DNA from: Candidatus Omnitrophota bacterium | Lineage (GTDB): Bacteria > Omnitrophota > Gorgyraeia > Zapsychrales > Zapsychraceae | Direction: 5' to 3' | Assembly: GCA_029261065.1 (NCBI GenBank) | Contig: JAJDCB010000029.1 | Span: forward strand, 15,448-79,447 | DNA: 64,000 bases | Part shown: one piece after another, positions 37,953 through 47,007 of the stretch | Numbering within the stretch: position 1 is the stretch's first letter | How the letters are laid out: each line of letters begins with the position of its first letter | Position numbers and translations under genes: made by a program | Notes under the pieces: model-generated | The model's database searches: none | The model's input: only the letters and a program-made list of their open reading frames with translations | Told to the model about the DNA's origin: nothing

Positions 37953-39401
37953 ATGGGTAGTTTTAATAAAAAGAAAAAATTTTCAGAAGTTTTAGCAAAA
38001 GAATCAACGGGTAAATATGTACGGCCTGAAGATTCTAAAATGTATAAACGTTTGATGGATCGCGCGCATAGCGGGGTTTATATTGCTGATGAGCGTGGTT
38101 TAATATTTTATGTCAATGATGCCTTGGTCCGTATGTTGGGCTATAGTTCGCAAAAGGAAATATTGGAACGAAGTCTGATCGAAGTCTTATATGGTAGTCC
38201 TGAGGCTGGTTTTGAATTTTATGATGCCATGGAGGAGCTGGGATTTATTAATGATTATGAAATAGCTAACAAAAAGGCTGATGGTTATGAAATTGTGTTG
38301 TCTGTCACTAGTCATTTTATTCGAGAGGGTGCTGGAAAGGTTAAAGGGGTTGAGGGGATCGTGTATGACAGGACAGAGACAAAGAAGATAGAGAAATCTT
38401 TAACAAAAGAAAAACAAAAATTAGAGGAAATATTAAACCTTGGTGATAAGGTTACAACAATAAGAGAGTTTCAGGAGTTGATTGATTTTGTTGTAGATCG
38501 TATAGCCGTTATTTTAGAGGCGAGGGTTTGTTCGATCCTATTGGTTGATGAGAACAGCGGAACCCTTAAGATTGCAGGGGCATTTGGTCTTGATAAGGAA
38601 ATTATTGAGAAAACAGAAATTAGTGTGGGCGATCCGATAGCCGGTGTTGTCGCTAAAGATTTAATTCCTATCTTAGTTAAAAATATTGAATACGACGAAC
38701 GTTTTAAACGCGCCAATCGTGAAGGTTACACCAATCAATCTTTTATGATTGTCCCCATTTTAGTAGGTGATGAGTTATTAGGGGTGATTGATGTAGCTGA
38801 TAAGATTTCGGATGTCTCGATCGGTGCATCATTTGATGAGATCGATCTCAAAATTCTTGCCTCTTTAGCCCGCGAAACAGCTGTTGCCATTGATAATTTA
38901 AAGGTCATCACAGATCTAAATTTACAAACGGTAACAGATCCTTTAACGCGAATATACAATTACAGAAAGTTTTCTGATAGTTTGGAACATGAAATTAAGC
39001 GTCTAGGACGGACCAAGGGCAATTTGTGTGTGATGATGCTCGATCTTGATAATTTTAAATCTTATAACGATAGTTTTGGTCATTTAGAAGGCGATACTCT
39101 TCTAAGAGGTATTGGCGAAATCTTAAGAAAAAATTTACGTGACACAGATATTGTATGTCGTTATGCTGGTGATGAGTTTGTCATAGTCTTACCTGATACT
39201 AACATCGAAGGTCTAAAAGAATCTGCCACTAAAGTTATTCGTGAAGTTTCGGCTCACCCTTTTAAACGTCAGGTTACTGTAAGTTTAGGAGCTGCTCGTT
39301 ATCAAGAGGGAATGACGTCCAATGAGTTGATGCTTAAAGCGGATAAATCACTTTATGAGGCAAAGGAAAAAGGTAAGAATCAGTTTTATATATTAGAGTA
39401 A
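37953..39401 (+). CDS. PAS-GAF-GGDEF signalling protein (diguanylate cyclase, AGDEF variant)
   Basis: PAS region (SGVYIADERGLIFYVNDAL). GAF region. GGDEF domain with RYAGDEF active-site variant and LDLDNFKSYND. Confidence 0.65.
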   Translation: MGSFNKKKKFSEVLAKESTGKYVRPEDSKMYKRLMDRAHSGVYIADERGLIFYVNDALVRMLGYSSQKEILERSLIEVLYGSPEAGFEFYDAMEELGFINDYEIANKKADGYEIVLSVTSHFIREGAGKVKGVEGIVYDRTETKKIEKSLTKEKQKLEEILNLGDKVTTIREFQELIDFVVDRIAVILEARVCSILLVDENSGTLKIAGAFGLDKEIIEKTEISVGDPIAGVVAKDLIPILVKNIEYDERFKRANREGYTNQSFMIVPILVGDELLGVIDVADKISDVSIGASFDEIDLKILASLARETAVAIDNLKVITDLNLQTVTDPLTRIYNYRKFSDSLEHEIKRLGRTKGNLCVMMLDLDNFKSYNDSFGHLEGDTLLRGIGEILRKNLRDTDIVCRYAGDEFVIVLPDTNIEGLKESATKVIREVSAHPFKRQVTVSLGAARYQEGMTSNELMLKADKSLYEAKEKGKNQFYILE

Positions 39402-39493
39402 TGCTACGAGTTAAATGAAACACCACTTTTAATTATCAAATACCCCACCCTTGTAAAATGTCTGAGATCTCCAATAAAGCGAATAAGAATAAT

Positions 39494-40951
39494 TTATTGT
39501 TCTTGGTATAAACTATAATTGTAAAATGTCGCTACCTTTTTAGTTTGTAGAAATAATTCTCTAGGTAAATCATAGATGTTGTCATCGTTGATCGCAAAGA
39601 AATCTTTTTTGTTGTCTTTAAGATAAGGAAAATAATATTTATGCTCAATGATAGGGGTGTCTACGGCACTACCTTGAGCATAAAAATCTGCTGAGTAAGG
39701 CATGTGATCCACATACACAAGTTGACTAGCTACATCGGGTCGCAGTTCTTTATATTTATTAACGATATCGACTTGAGAAGATTGACGGCCTACTGAGGGT
39801 AAAATGGTTATGGCCGCAATAATTAAGGCTAGTGGAGCAAGGAGTGATGTTATGAGAAATGTGTTTGGTTTAGCGGGCCAAGATAATGGCTTTGATTGCT
39901 GTTTTTCTAATAATAAGATGAGACGTGCCGTAATTAATGCAAAGGCCGGTAAAGCGGGTATCAGATAAGTCATTAAGATGTTACTAGCAATAGTAAATAA
40001 AATAAGAGGGGAAAGTAACCATAAGAGTATTAAAATCCAGATTTCATTTTCAAAAATGGCTTTAAATTTTACTTTTGCTTTCTTTAAATACATCAAAGCG
40101 CCAACCATAATAATGGTCCAGGGCATGGTGACGGGAATGGCAAATAACCAAATCATTCCTTTAGGTTGTGAATGTCCTTTACCATATAAATCCCCTTCCC
40201 AACCGCTTACCGTAAAACGTTTGAAATGTTCGCCCACAATAAAATAATTAAGAAATCCGGGAGTTTTCATCTCAGCTAAGACGTACCAAGGAATTGCGAT
40301 TAAGGCTGTTAAGAGAAGGCCTGTAATCCAAGGTAGGGAAAGCCAGAGTCGTTTCCATTGGCGATATATGATAAGCCATAAAACAATCGGGATAAAAATT
40401 AAAACAGCGCCAACGGGACCTTTGGCTAATAAACTTAAAGCCAGTCCGATAAAAAAAAGATAACCCCAATATTTCGAAGGGTGTGGCGATTGTAAACAAA
40501 AAATTAAAGAGATCATACTTAGTGTAATGGCTGTTGAAAGGGCCGGATCTGTCATAACACTACCGGCATTAACAAAAAACATACCTGTTGTTGCCAGAAT
40601 ACAACCAGCCATTAGCCCATATTTAGGGTTGATTAAGTGTTTACCAAGTAGATATGTAAAATATAGCATCAGGATGGCTAGAAGAAAGGAAGGAAGACGG
40701 GCTGAGAATTCACCTTCACCTAAAAGTTGAAAGCTGATCGCTGTTAACCAAAAAGAAAGTGGGGGTTTCCCCCAAAAGGGTAATCCTTGTTCTAGCTGAG
40801 GGGTGACCCAGTTTTGGGTGGCAACCATTTCTCGGCCTATTTCGGCATAACGAGCCTCAGTTTTATCCATTAAGGGATAGGTGCCTAAAGATATGAGGCG
40901 TGCGATGCAGGCAAGCAATATGAGTGTAATGAAAAGTTTTGGTTGATTCAT
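39494..40951 (-). CDS. GT-C membrane glycosyltransferase, ArnT/PMT (GT39/GT83) family
   Basis: N-terminus ...DKTEARYAEIGREMVATQNWVTPQL matches the ArnT/PMT first periplasmic loop. About 12 TM segments. Confidence 0.6.
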   Translation of the reverse strand: MNQPKLFITLILLACIARLISLGTYPLMDKTEARYAEIGREMVATQNWVTPQLEQGLPFWGKPPLSFWLTAISFQLLGEGEFSARLPSFLLAILMLYFTYLLGKHLINPKYGLMAGCILATTGMFFVNAGSVMTDPALSTAITLSMISLIFCLQSPHPSKYWGYLFFIGLALSLLAKGPVGAVLIFIPIVLWLIIYRQWKRLWLSLPWITGLLLTALIAIPWYVLAEMKTPGFLNYFIVGEHFKRFTVSGWEGDLYGKGHSQPKGMIWLFAIPVTMPWTIIMVGALMYLKKAKVKFKAIFENEIWILILLWLLSPLILFTIASNILMTYLIPALPAFALITARLILLLEKQQSKPLSWPAKPNTFLITSLLAPLALIIAAITILPSVGRQSSQVDIVNKYKELRPDVASQLVYVDHMPYSADFYAQGSAVDTPIIEHKYYFPYLKDNKKDFFAINDDNIYDLPRELFLQTKKVATFYNYSLYQEQ

Positions 40952-40957
40952 GGACTG

Positions 40958-41683
40958 TTAAATGTTTTTCTTCATGTTGCGTTTTATTGAAATAATTTCT
41001 CGAAGAACGCCAAGGGCATTGTGATGCGGTAAAACGCGACTGTCAGGATCGCTTTTCCAAGTGACAGGAAACTCTAAAACGCGATATCCATGTTTAAAGG
41101 CTAAAAGTAAGATTTCAATATCAAACATAAATTCATGACTTTGACAGAGAGAAAATAATTGATGAGCCGTTTTTTTCGTATAGATTTTAAATCCACATTG
41201 AGTGTCTGTAAAAGATTGCGGTAGGCCGATGTAAAGATTAATAAAGGTTCGAAAGGCTTTTGAAAGGAATTGTCTAGACGGAGATTGTTGGTGTTTGATA
41301 ACACTATTTTTGTGTCGGCGGGTTCCTATGGCAATATCACATTCCTTATTATTAATGAGACTTAATCCTTTAAGCGCATAATCGTAGGGAATACACAGAC
41401 CACTATCAGCAAACATAATGATATTACCTACAGCTGCTAGCATGCCTGTTTTCACAGCAAAACCTTTGCCTTTATTGTTTTCGTAGCGAATGACTTGAAT
41501 TTTGACTTGGTTTGAGGTTTCAACTTCGCGAGCCTTTTTCGCAGTATCATCCTGACTGCCATCATCAACAACGATGATTTCACCTTTTAGCCCCTGTTTG
41601 GTGAGAAAATGGTTGGCTGCATTTACATCATCTTTTATTTTGTGAGCTTCATTATAAGCTGGAATAACAATTGAAAAATCCAT
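40958..41683 (-). CDS. GT2 polyprenyl-phosphate sugar synthase (ArnC/Dpm1-like)
   Basis: FSIVIPAYNE, VVDDGSQD. 241 aa. 6 nt upstream of the ArnT-like gene on the same strand. Confidence 0.65.
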   Translation of the reverse strand: MDFSIVIPAYNEAHKIKDDVNAANHFLTKQGLKGEIIVVDDGSQDDTAKKAREVETSNQVKIQVIRYENNKGKGFAVKTGMLAAVGNIIMFADSGLCIPYDYALKGLSLINNKECDIAIGTRRHKNSVIKHQQSPSRQFLSKAFRTFINLYIGLPQSFTDTQCGFKIYTKKTAHQLFSLCQSHEFMFDIEILLLAFKHGYRVLEFPVTWKSDPDSRVLPHHNALGVLREIISIKRNMKKNI

Positions 41684-41829
41684 GTATTCTTTCGTTTTGT
41701 CTCAAAAATGTGAGTTTGATACTCATTATAGGGAAAAATTCTTAATATGAAACATAATTATTGACCTTTTATCTTAAGAATAAGAAGCATTTTTATATTT
41801 TGGGGTCTTTGTGTTATACTTAGTACCCT

Positions 41830-43059
41830 ATGGGGAAATTCTGCACTAGACCATTTGAATGGATTGAGATCCAGAATAAAGACGCTTATCTGTGTTGTCC
41901 GGGTTGGATGAAGGACATAAAGGGGGTAAGTATTGAGGGTAAGAGTGTCAATGAGATATGGAATGACCCTCATTTTCAGGATATCCGAGCATCCATTTTA
42001 GATGGTTCCTTTCGATACTGTGATTCTCAGTTTTGTCCGTTTATGAAGCAGCCAGATATGCCTCATTGGGAGGAGAGTGGTTCGCCTTTCAAAGATAAGG
42101 ATGGTATAAAAGATCCAGCCTTGCGTCATATTATTGAGCAGAAAATCACTCATTTAGAATCTCCCCCATTGATTTGGAATTGTGGTCATGATAGGACGTG
42201 TAATTTGTCATGTCCTTCTTGTCGCAGCAAGATTTTTGCGTTAGCCCAGCAATATGTTCAAAAAGAAATAGCCTTTAGTGATTTCGTTTTATCGGAAATT
42301 GGTCAAGACTTGAAATATCTTTATATCACCGGAACAGGTGATCCTTTCGCCAGTCAAGTTTATCGAGAACTTTTATCACAGTTATCATCAGAACAATATC
42401 CAAAATTAGAGGTGCATCTGCATACCAATGCTGTTTTATGGACGAAAAAGAATTGGGAGACCATGAGTGGCATTAATCAACGTATCACATCAACACATAT
42501 CTCTATGGATGCGGTAACGGCACAGACGTATGGCATTGTTCGTCGAGGAGGCGACTTTGGTATCTTGATGGAAAATCTTAAGTTTGTGGCACAGTTAAGA
42601 AAAGAAGGGCCGTTGAAATACGTTATGATTAGTTTTGTTGTTCAAGATGCTAATTTTCGTGAGATGCCTCGCTTTATTGAAATTTGTGAAGAGTTTGGTT
42701 TTGATTTGGTTTTGTTTACGAGGGTAAGAAATTGGAATCTTTTTACACCCTATGAGTTTGATCAACTAGCTGTTGATCAACCCATTCATCCCGATCATAA
42801 TGCATTTTTAGATATCTTAAAGCAGCCCTGTTTTGACAAACCTCATGTTGGTATTGGAAATTTTTCAGGATTAAGAAAGAAAGCTTTGGCTCAATCTTCG
42901 CAAAAGAAAATCGTTTCGGTTACAGAGAATATGGTTTATCGATATCAGTGGTATGTTAGACGATTGAAACAATGGTTCATTGAGCACTTTCCAATTCTTG
43001 CCAAACAATTGATTCATTTGAAACAACGGATTTTAAGAAAGGGAAAGCTCGCAGCGTGA
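41830..43059 (+). CDS. radical SAM protein with N-terminal Cys-rich extension
   Basis: CNLSCPSC (CX3CX2C) at about aa 120. N-terminal extension with 5 Cys (CTRPFEW...YLCCPGW...RYCDSQFCPF). Stop overlaps the next gene's start (GTGA). Confidence 0.5.
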   Translation: MGKFCTRPFEWIEIQNKDAYLCCPGWMKDIKGVSIEGKSVNEIWNDPHFQDIRASILDGSFRYCDSQFCPFMKQPDMPHWEESGSPFKDKDGIKDPALRHIIEQKITHLESPPLIWNCGHDRTCNLSCPSCRSKIFALAQQYVQKEIAFSDFVLSEIGQDLKYLYITGTGDPFASQVYRELLSQLSSEQYPKLEVHLHTNAVLWTKKNWETMSGINQRITSTHISMDAVTAQTYGIVRRGGDFGILMENLKFVAQLRKEGPLKYVMISFVVQDANFREMPRFIEICEEFGFDLVLFTRVRNWNLFTPYEFDQLAVDQPIHPDHNAFLDILKQPCFDKPHVGIGNFSGLRKKALAQSSQKKIVSVTENMVYRYQWYVRRLKQWFIEHFPILAKQLIHLKQRILRKGKLAA

Positions 43060-43727
43060 AGAAGGTTCATTCTCTCATTATTTTTGCAAGGGAACCGCGA
43101 GAGGGGAAAGTTAAAACGCGATTAGCCAAAGATTTATCAAAGCCAGTTGTTTTAAGTTTGTATAAAAATTTTATTAAAGATGTTCTAATTGTTGCCAAAA
43201 AAGTCTCCTCTCAGAGGCGCTATATTTTTTATGTGGGATTAAGCCGCTCCATTCCATTTTTAAGATCTTATCAAAAGTCATTTATATTAAAACGTCAATT
43301 TGGTAAAGACTTAGGAGAGAGGATGTTAAGAGCCTTTCTTTGTGCTGCCCGGGAAGGGGCCCATTCGACCATTATTATCGGAACGGACTGTTTGACGATC
43401 ACAGCGAAAGATATTGAAGCGGCTTTTGCCAAACTAAAAACGCATGATTGTGTCTTAGGCCCAAGCATTGATGGTGGGTATTACCTAATAGGTCTAAATA
43501 AACCCTGTCCCAGCTTATTTAATGATATAGTTTGGAGCACGGAAAAGGTTCTTGATCAAACGTTAAAACGGGCAAAGAGCAATAATATGAAGGTGGCTTT
43601 ATTATCCAAAAAAGAGGATATCGATACGATTTCTTCTTTTAGGAAATATGCTAAAAAGGTTGTCAATTCTTCTGAGGATTCGTATACTAGGAGACTAATT
43701 AAGACTCGTTTATTGAGCGAAATTTAG
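43056..43727 (+). CDS. DUF2064 / TIGR04282-like nucleotidyl-transferase-fold protein (rSAM/selenodomain-associated transferase 1 type)
   Basis: N-terminus SLIIFAREPREGKVKTRLA is the hallmark DUF2064 motif. GTG start overlapping the upstream TGA. Confidence 0.5.
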   Translation: MKKVHSLIIFAREPREGKVKTRLAKDLSKPVVLSLYKNFIKDVLIVAKKVSSQRRYIFYVGLSRSIPFLRSYQKSFILKRQFGKDLGERMLRAFLCAAREGAHSTIIIGTDCLTITAKDIEAAFAKLKTHDCVLGPSIDGGYYLIGLNKPCPSLFNDIVWSTEKVLDQTLKRAKSNNMKVALLSKKEDIDTISSFRKYAKKVVNSSEDSYTRRLIKTRLLSEI

Positions 43728-43795
43728 TTGTATAGTATTAAAGTGATTCTTAATTACTCTTCTAGAGTTATGAATGAGGCCATTAAATATCTATT

Positions 43796-44794
43796 ATGAA
43801 AATTTTACATCTGTATTCTCAAAAAAGTGAACATCTATCCGCGTTTATTGACGATTTATCGCAAAAACTGTTTGCCAGTGATGTTGTTGTTGAACAAATG
43901 TGTTTGAAAAAAGCAAATGGTTTAAAAGCGATTTGGGATTTGTCTCGGAAAATTAAAAAAGAGAAGATCGATTGTGTGCACAGCCATGATCGATCTTCTT
44001 TAATTATAGGAACATTAGCCGCACGTCTGGCCGCTTCTTTGGCGATAAGTACGGTTCATCAGGTTTATCCAAAGAAGGTTTCTTCTTTTATTTGGAATTT
44101 AAATAAAAACGTTGTTTTTGCCACACGCTACATTAAGACGAGAATGTTAAGAAGAAATCGTATGGCTGCTCATCGTATTTCTGTTATTTATCGAGGAATA
44201 GAGATAGAGACAAATGGCGTGTTTGATAAAAATCAGGAACGAGCACAGTGGGGGGTAAATCCTGAGAGTTTTATTATTGGCAGTGCTGGGCCGTTAGAAT
44301 TTAATGAGGATCAAACAACCTTGTTAAAGGCTTTTCGTAAATTACGCAAAAAGAATTTAGATTCTCAATTGGTTTTTGCAACAAAGGGTTCTTTAAAAGA
44401 TCATTTAAAGACAAAGGCCAAAGAATTTGATGTTTTAGATCGTGTTGTATTTTTAGATGGAAAATCAGATCTTAATCAATTTTTACAATCCATCGATTTA
44501 CTAGTTGTTTCCGCTATTGATGGGCCAAGACCTGAGATGTTGTTGCAGTCGATGAGGGCAGGAACGGCTGTGATTGCGACTAATATTTTTGGGCATGATG
44601 AATATGTTGAGCATAATAAAACAGGCTATTTGGTTCCTTGTGGATATCCTGAGAAAATTGATACATCCATTATGCGTTTGAATGCGATTAAAACATTGCC
44701 AGCTCAAATGGGCGAGGCCGCTCGAGAAAGAGGTCAAGAAACTTTTAATTTAGGTCATATGTCTGAATCTTATTTAAAGCTGTATACGCAATAG
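43796..44794 (+). CDS. glycosyltransferase family 4 (GT-B)
   Basis: C-terminal GT1/GT4 motif region (LLVVSAIDGPRPEMLLQSMRAGTAVIATNIFGHDEYV...GYLV). Confidence 0.55.
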   Translation: MKILHLYSQKSEHLSAFIDDLSQKLFASDVVVEQMCLKKANGLKAIWDLSRKIKKEKIDCVHSHDRSSLIIGTLAARLAASLAISTVHQVYPKKVSSFIWNLNKNVVFATRYIKTRMLRRNRMAAHRISVIYRGIEIETNGVFDKNQERAQWGVNPESFIIGSAGPLEFNEDQTTLLKAFRKLRKKNLDSQLVFATKGSLKDHLKTKAKEFDVLDRVVFLDGKSDLNQFLQSIDLLVVSAIDGPRPEMLLQSMRAGTAVIATNIFGHDEYVEHNKTGYLVPCGYPEKIDTSIMRLNAIKTLPAQMGEAARERGQETFNLGHMSESYLKLYTQ

Positions 44795-44887
44795 GTATGG
44801 TTAGAACATTTGGGTTTCTGGTGCTTTTGTTATTTTGTGATATACTTATCCAAAAATATCAGATTTAAGAAAGAAAGGAATTAGGGA

Positions 44888-45247
44888 ATGGATATTCAAA
44901 TTAATACGTCAGAACGCCCTTGGGGGTATTACATAAAATTTTTACAAGAAGAAGGTGTTTGGGTTAAACGTGTGGAAGTTAAGCCTGGATGCCGGTTAAG
45001 CCTACAAAAACATGCTCATCGATCAGAAAAGTGGAATATTGTCACAGGCGTTGGTGTTGTCACCTTAGATGATCAAGAAATCCCAGTCAAAGCGGGATCC
45101 ATCATAGATGTCCCCTTAGGCGCTGTACACCGGATTGCCAATACAGGAGATTCAAAACTTGTATTTATTGAAGTCGCTTGCGGTGATGAATTATCCGAAG
45201 ATGACATTATTCGCATTCAGGACGATTATAATCGCGAAGATGCTTAA
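44888..45247 (+). CDS. cupin domain protein (mannose-6-phosphate isomerase type II C-terminal-like)
   Basis: Cupin motifs RLSLQKHAHRSEKWNIVTG and GAVHRIANTGDSKLVFIEV. Confidence 0.5.
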   Translation: MDIQINTSERPWGYYIKFLQEEGVWVKRVEVKPGCRLSLQKHAHRSEKWNIVTGVGVVTLDDQEIPVKAGSIIDVPLGAVHRIANTGDSKLVFIEVACGDELSEDDIIRIQDDYNREDA

Positions 45248-45372
45248 TCAGTAAGCATATTTAACAATTTTCTCCTTCCTCAATCAAGAATTAAGCTCAA
45301 AAGTTGCCTCATATCAAAAGTTTAGCATCTTTCCAAGATTAGGGTATAATAGTCTAACCTTAGGAAGATACT

Positions 45373-47007
45373 ATGATTTATCAAATTTCTATATCATTTG
45401 TAATGGCTTTTTTGTTCTTTGTGCTCTTTTTTGCTGTTTTTACAAAAGGGGCGCATAGTGCTACATCTAGAACGTTTAATGTGCTGATCTTAAATATGGC
45501 TTTGTGGTCGTTGGCCATCGCGATGTTTTATTTTAGTGAAACGCCTTCCTCTGAGATGTTTTGGACGAATGTCTTATATGTTACAGGTAGTATGATTCCC
45601 TCCTCATTTTATCAATTTTCTTTTATTTTTCCTTTTGGTTCTGTCGCCATTTCTCGCTTTAAACGATTTATGATATTTGTTCCAAATATTATATTGTTTG
45701 GGCTGTTCTTTTTTACACCTTGGATGGTCAAAGATATTGTTGTCATTGATGGTGTTAAAAATTTTATATATGGGCCCGCGGGTTTTTTATTTAATATTCA
45801 ATTTATTGTTACTTTTTTTCTCGCCTATTTAAGATTGTTTCCTTTAATGAATACTTCTTCTGGTGTTTTAACCAGCCGACTGCGTTATATTATTTTTGCA
45901 TCTCTCTCAGGTGTTATTCTTGCCGGAACCACCAACGTGATTATGCCAGCATTAGGACGTTTTGAAATGGTGTGGTTGGGACCACCATTAACGATTACGT
46001 GGTTAGTGGGTGTTGTGTATGCGATTCTTAAATATAAAATTATTGATATGCGTTTTATTATTCGACGTAGTCTTATTTATTCGTTTTCAGTAACAATTAT
46101 TTCCGTAACGTTTTTAATTTGTGTTATGACATTTGAGAGGGTGTTTCAAGGCATTGTGGGCTATGAGAACTTTATTGGTTCAACGATTGCAGCTACAATT
46201 ATTGCTTTAATGTTTACGCCTATTAAGAATAAGGTTCAATATTGGATTGATCGCTTGTTTTTTAAGGGATCACAAGTAGAAATTGCTGAACAAAATGTGC
46301 GTCTGCGTGAAGAGATAGCACGGGCTGAGAAATACAAGTCTTTGGCTAACATCGCAAGCGGGGTTGCTCATGAAATCAAAAATCCACTAACAGCCATATA
46401 TACTTTTTCTGAATATTTGCCGCATAAATTACATGATGAGCAGTTTTTGAATAAGTTTTCAAAAATTGTTCATAAAGAGGTTCATCGGATTAATGATTTA
46501 GTTCATCAACTTCTTGAATATGGAAAACCAGCGCCTCTTTGTGAGAAGCAATGCGATGTCAATAAACTCATCGCTGATACGTTGTTGATGTTAAAAAGTA
46601 AGTTTTATGATCGAAATATCCATCTTAAGACAATTTACTCTCATGAAGATTTGTCTATTCAAGTAGATCCCAATCAAATTCGTCAGGCGTTATTAAATGT
46701 TTTACTTAATGCGATAGATGCGATGCCTGAGGGGGGGTATCTTTGGGTTGAAACCAACGTCAATCGTTTACATTTTTGTATATCTATTCGTGATTCTGGT
46801 ATTGGGATTGCTCAAAATCGTTTAACACATATTTTCGAACCTTTTTATACTAAAAAGGATGAGGGGACAGGATTGGGGTTATCTATTACACAGTCCATTA
46901 TAGAAAACCATGAAGGCCGTATAAAAGTTAAAAGCGCCCCAAATGCGGGTGCGGAATTTATCATAGAATTACCACTAGATTTAGATGTTTATAAAGTAGG
47001 TATTTAG
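45373..47007 (+). CDS. sensor histidine kinase with polytopic N-terminal membrane domain
   Basis: About 8-10 TM segments. H-box GVAHEIKNPLTAI. N-box LLNVLLNAIDA. G-boxes RDSGIGI and GTGLGLSI. Confidence 0.7.
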   Translation: MIYQISISFVMAFLFFVLFFAVFTKGAHSATSRTFNVLILNMALWSLAIAMFYFSETPSSEMFWTNVLYVTGSMIPSSFYQFSFIFPFGSVAISRFKRFMIFVPNIILFGLFFFTPWMVKDIVVIDGVKNFIYGPAGFLFNIQFIVTFFLAYLRLFPLMNTSSGVLTSRLRYIIFASLSGVILAGTTNVIMPALGRFEMVWLGPPLTITWLVGVVYAILKYKIIDMRFIIRRSLIYSFSVTIISVTFLICVMTFERVFQGIVGYENFIGSTIAATIIALMFTPIKNKVQYWIDRLFFKGSQVEIAEQNVRLREEIARAEKYKSLANIASGVAHEIKNPLTAIYTFSEYLPHKLHDEQFLNKFSKIVHKEVHRINDLVHQLLEYGKPAPLCEKQCDVNKLIADTLLMLKSKFYDRNIHLKTIYSHEDLSIQVDPNQIRQALLNVLLNAIDAMPEGGYLWVETNVNRLHFCISIRDSGIGIAQNRLTHIFEPFYTKKDEGTGLGLSITQSIIENHEGRIKVKSAPNAGAEFIIELPLDLDVYKVGI

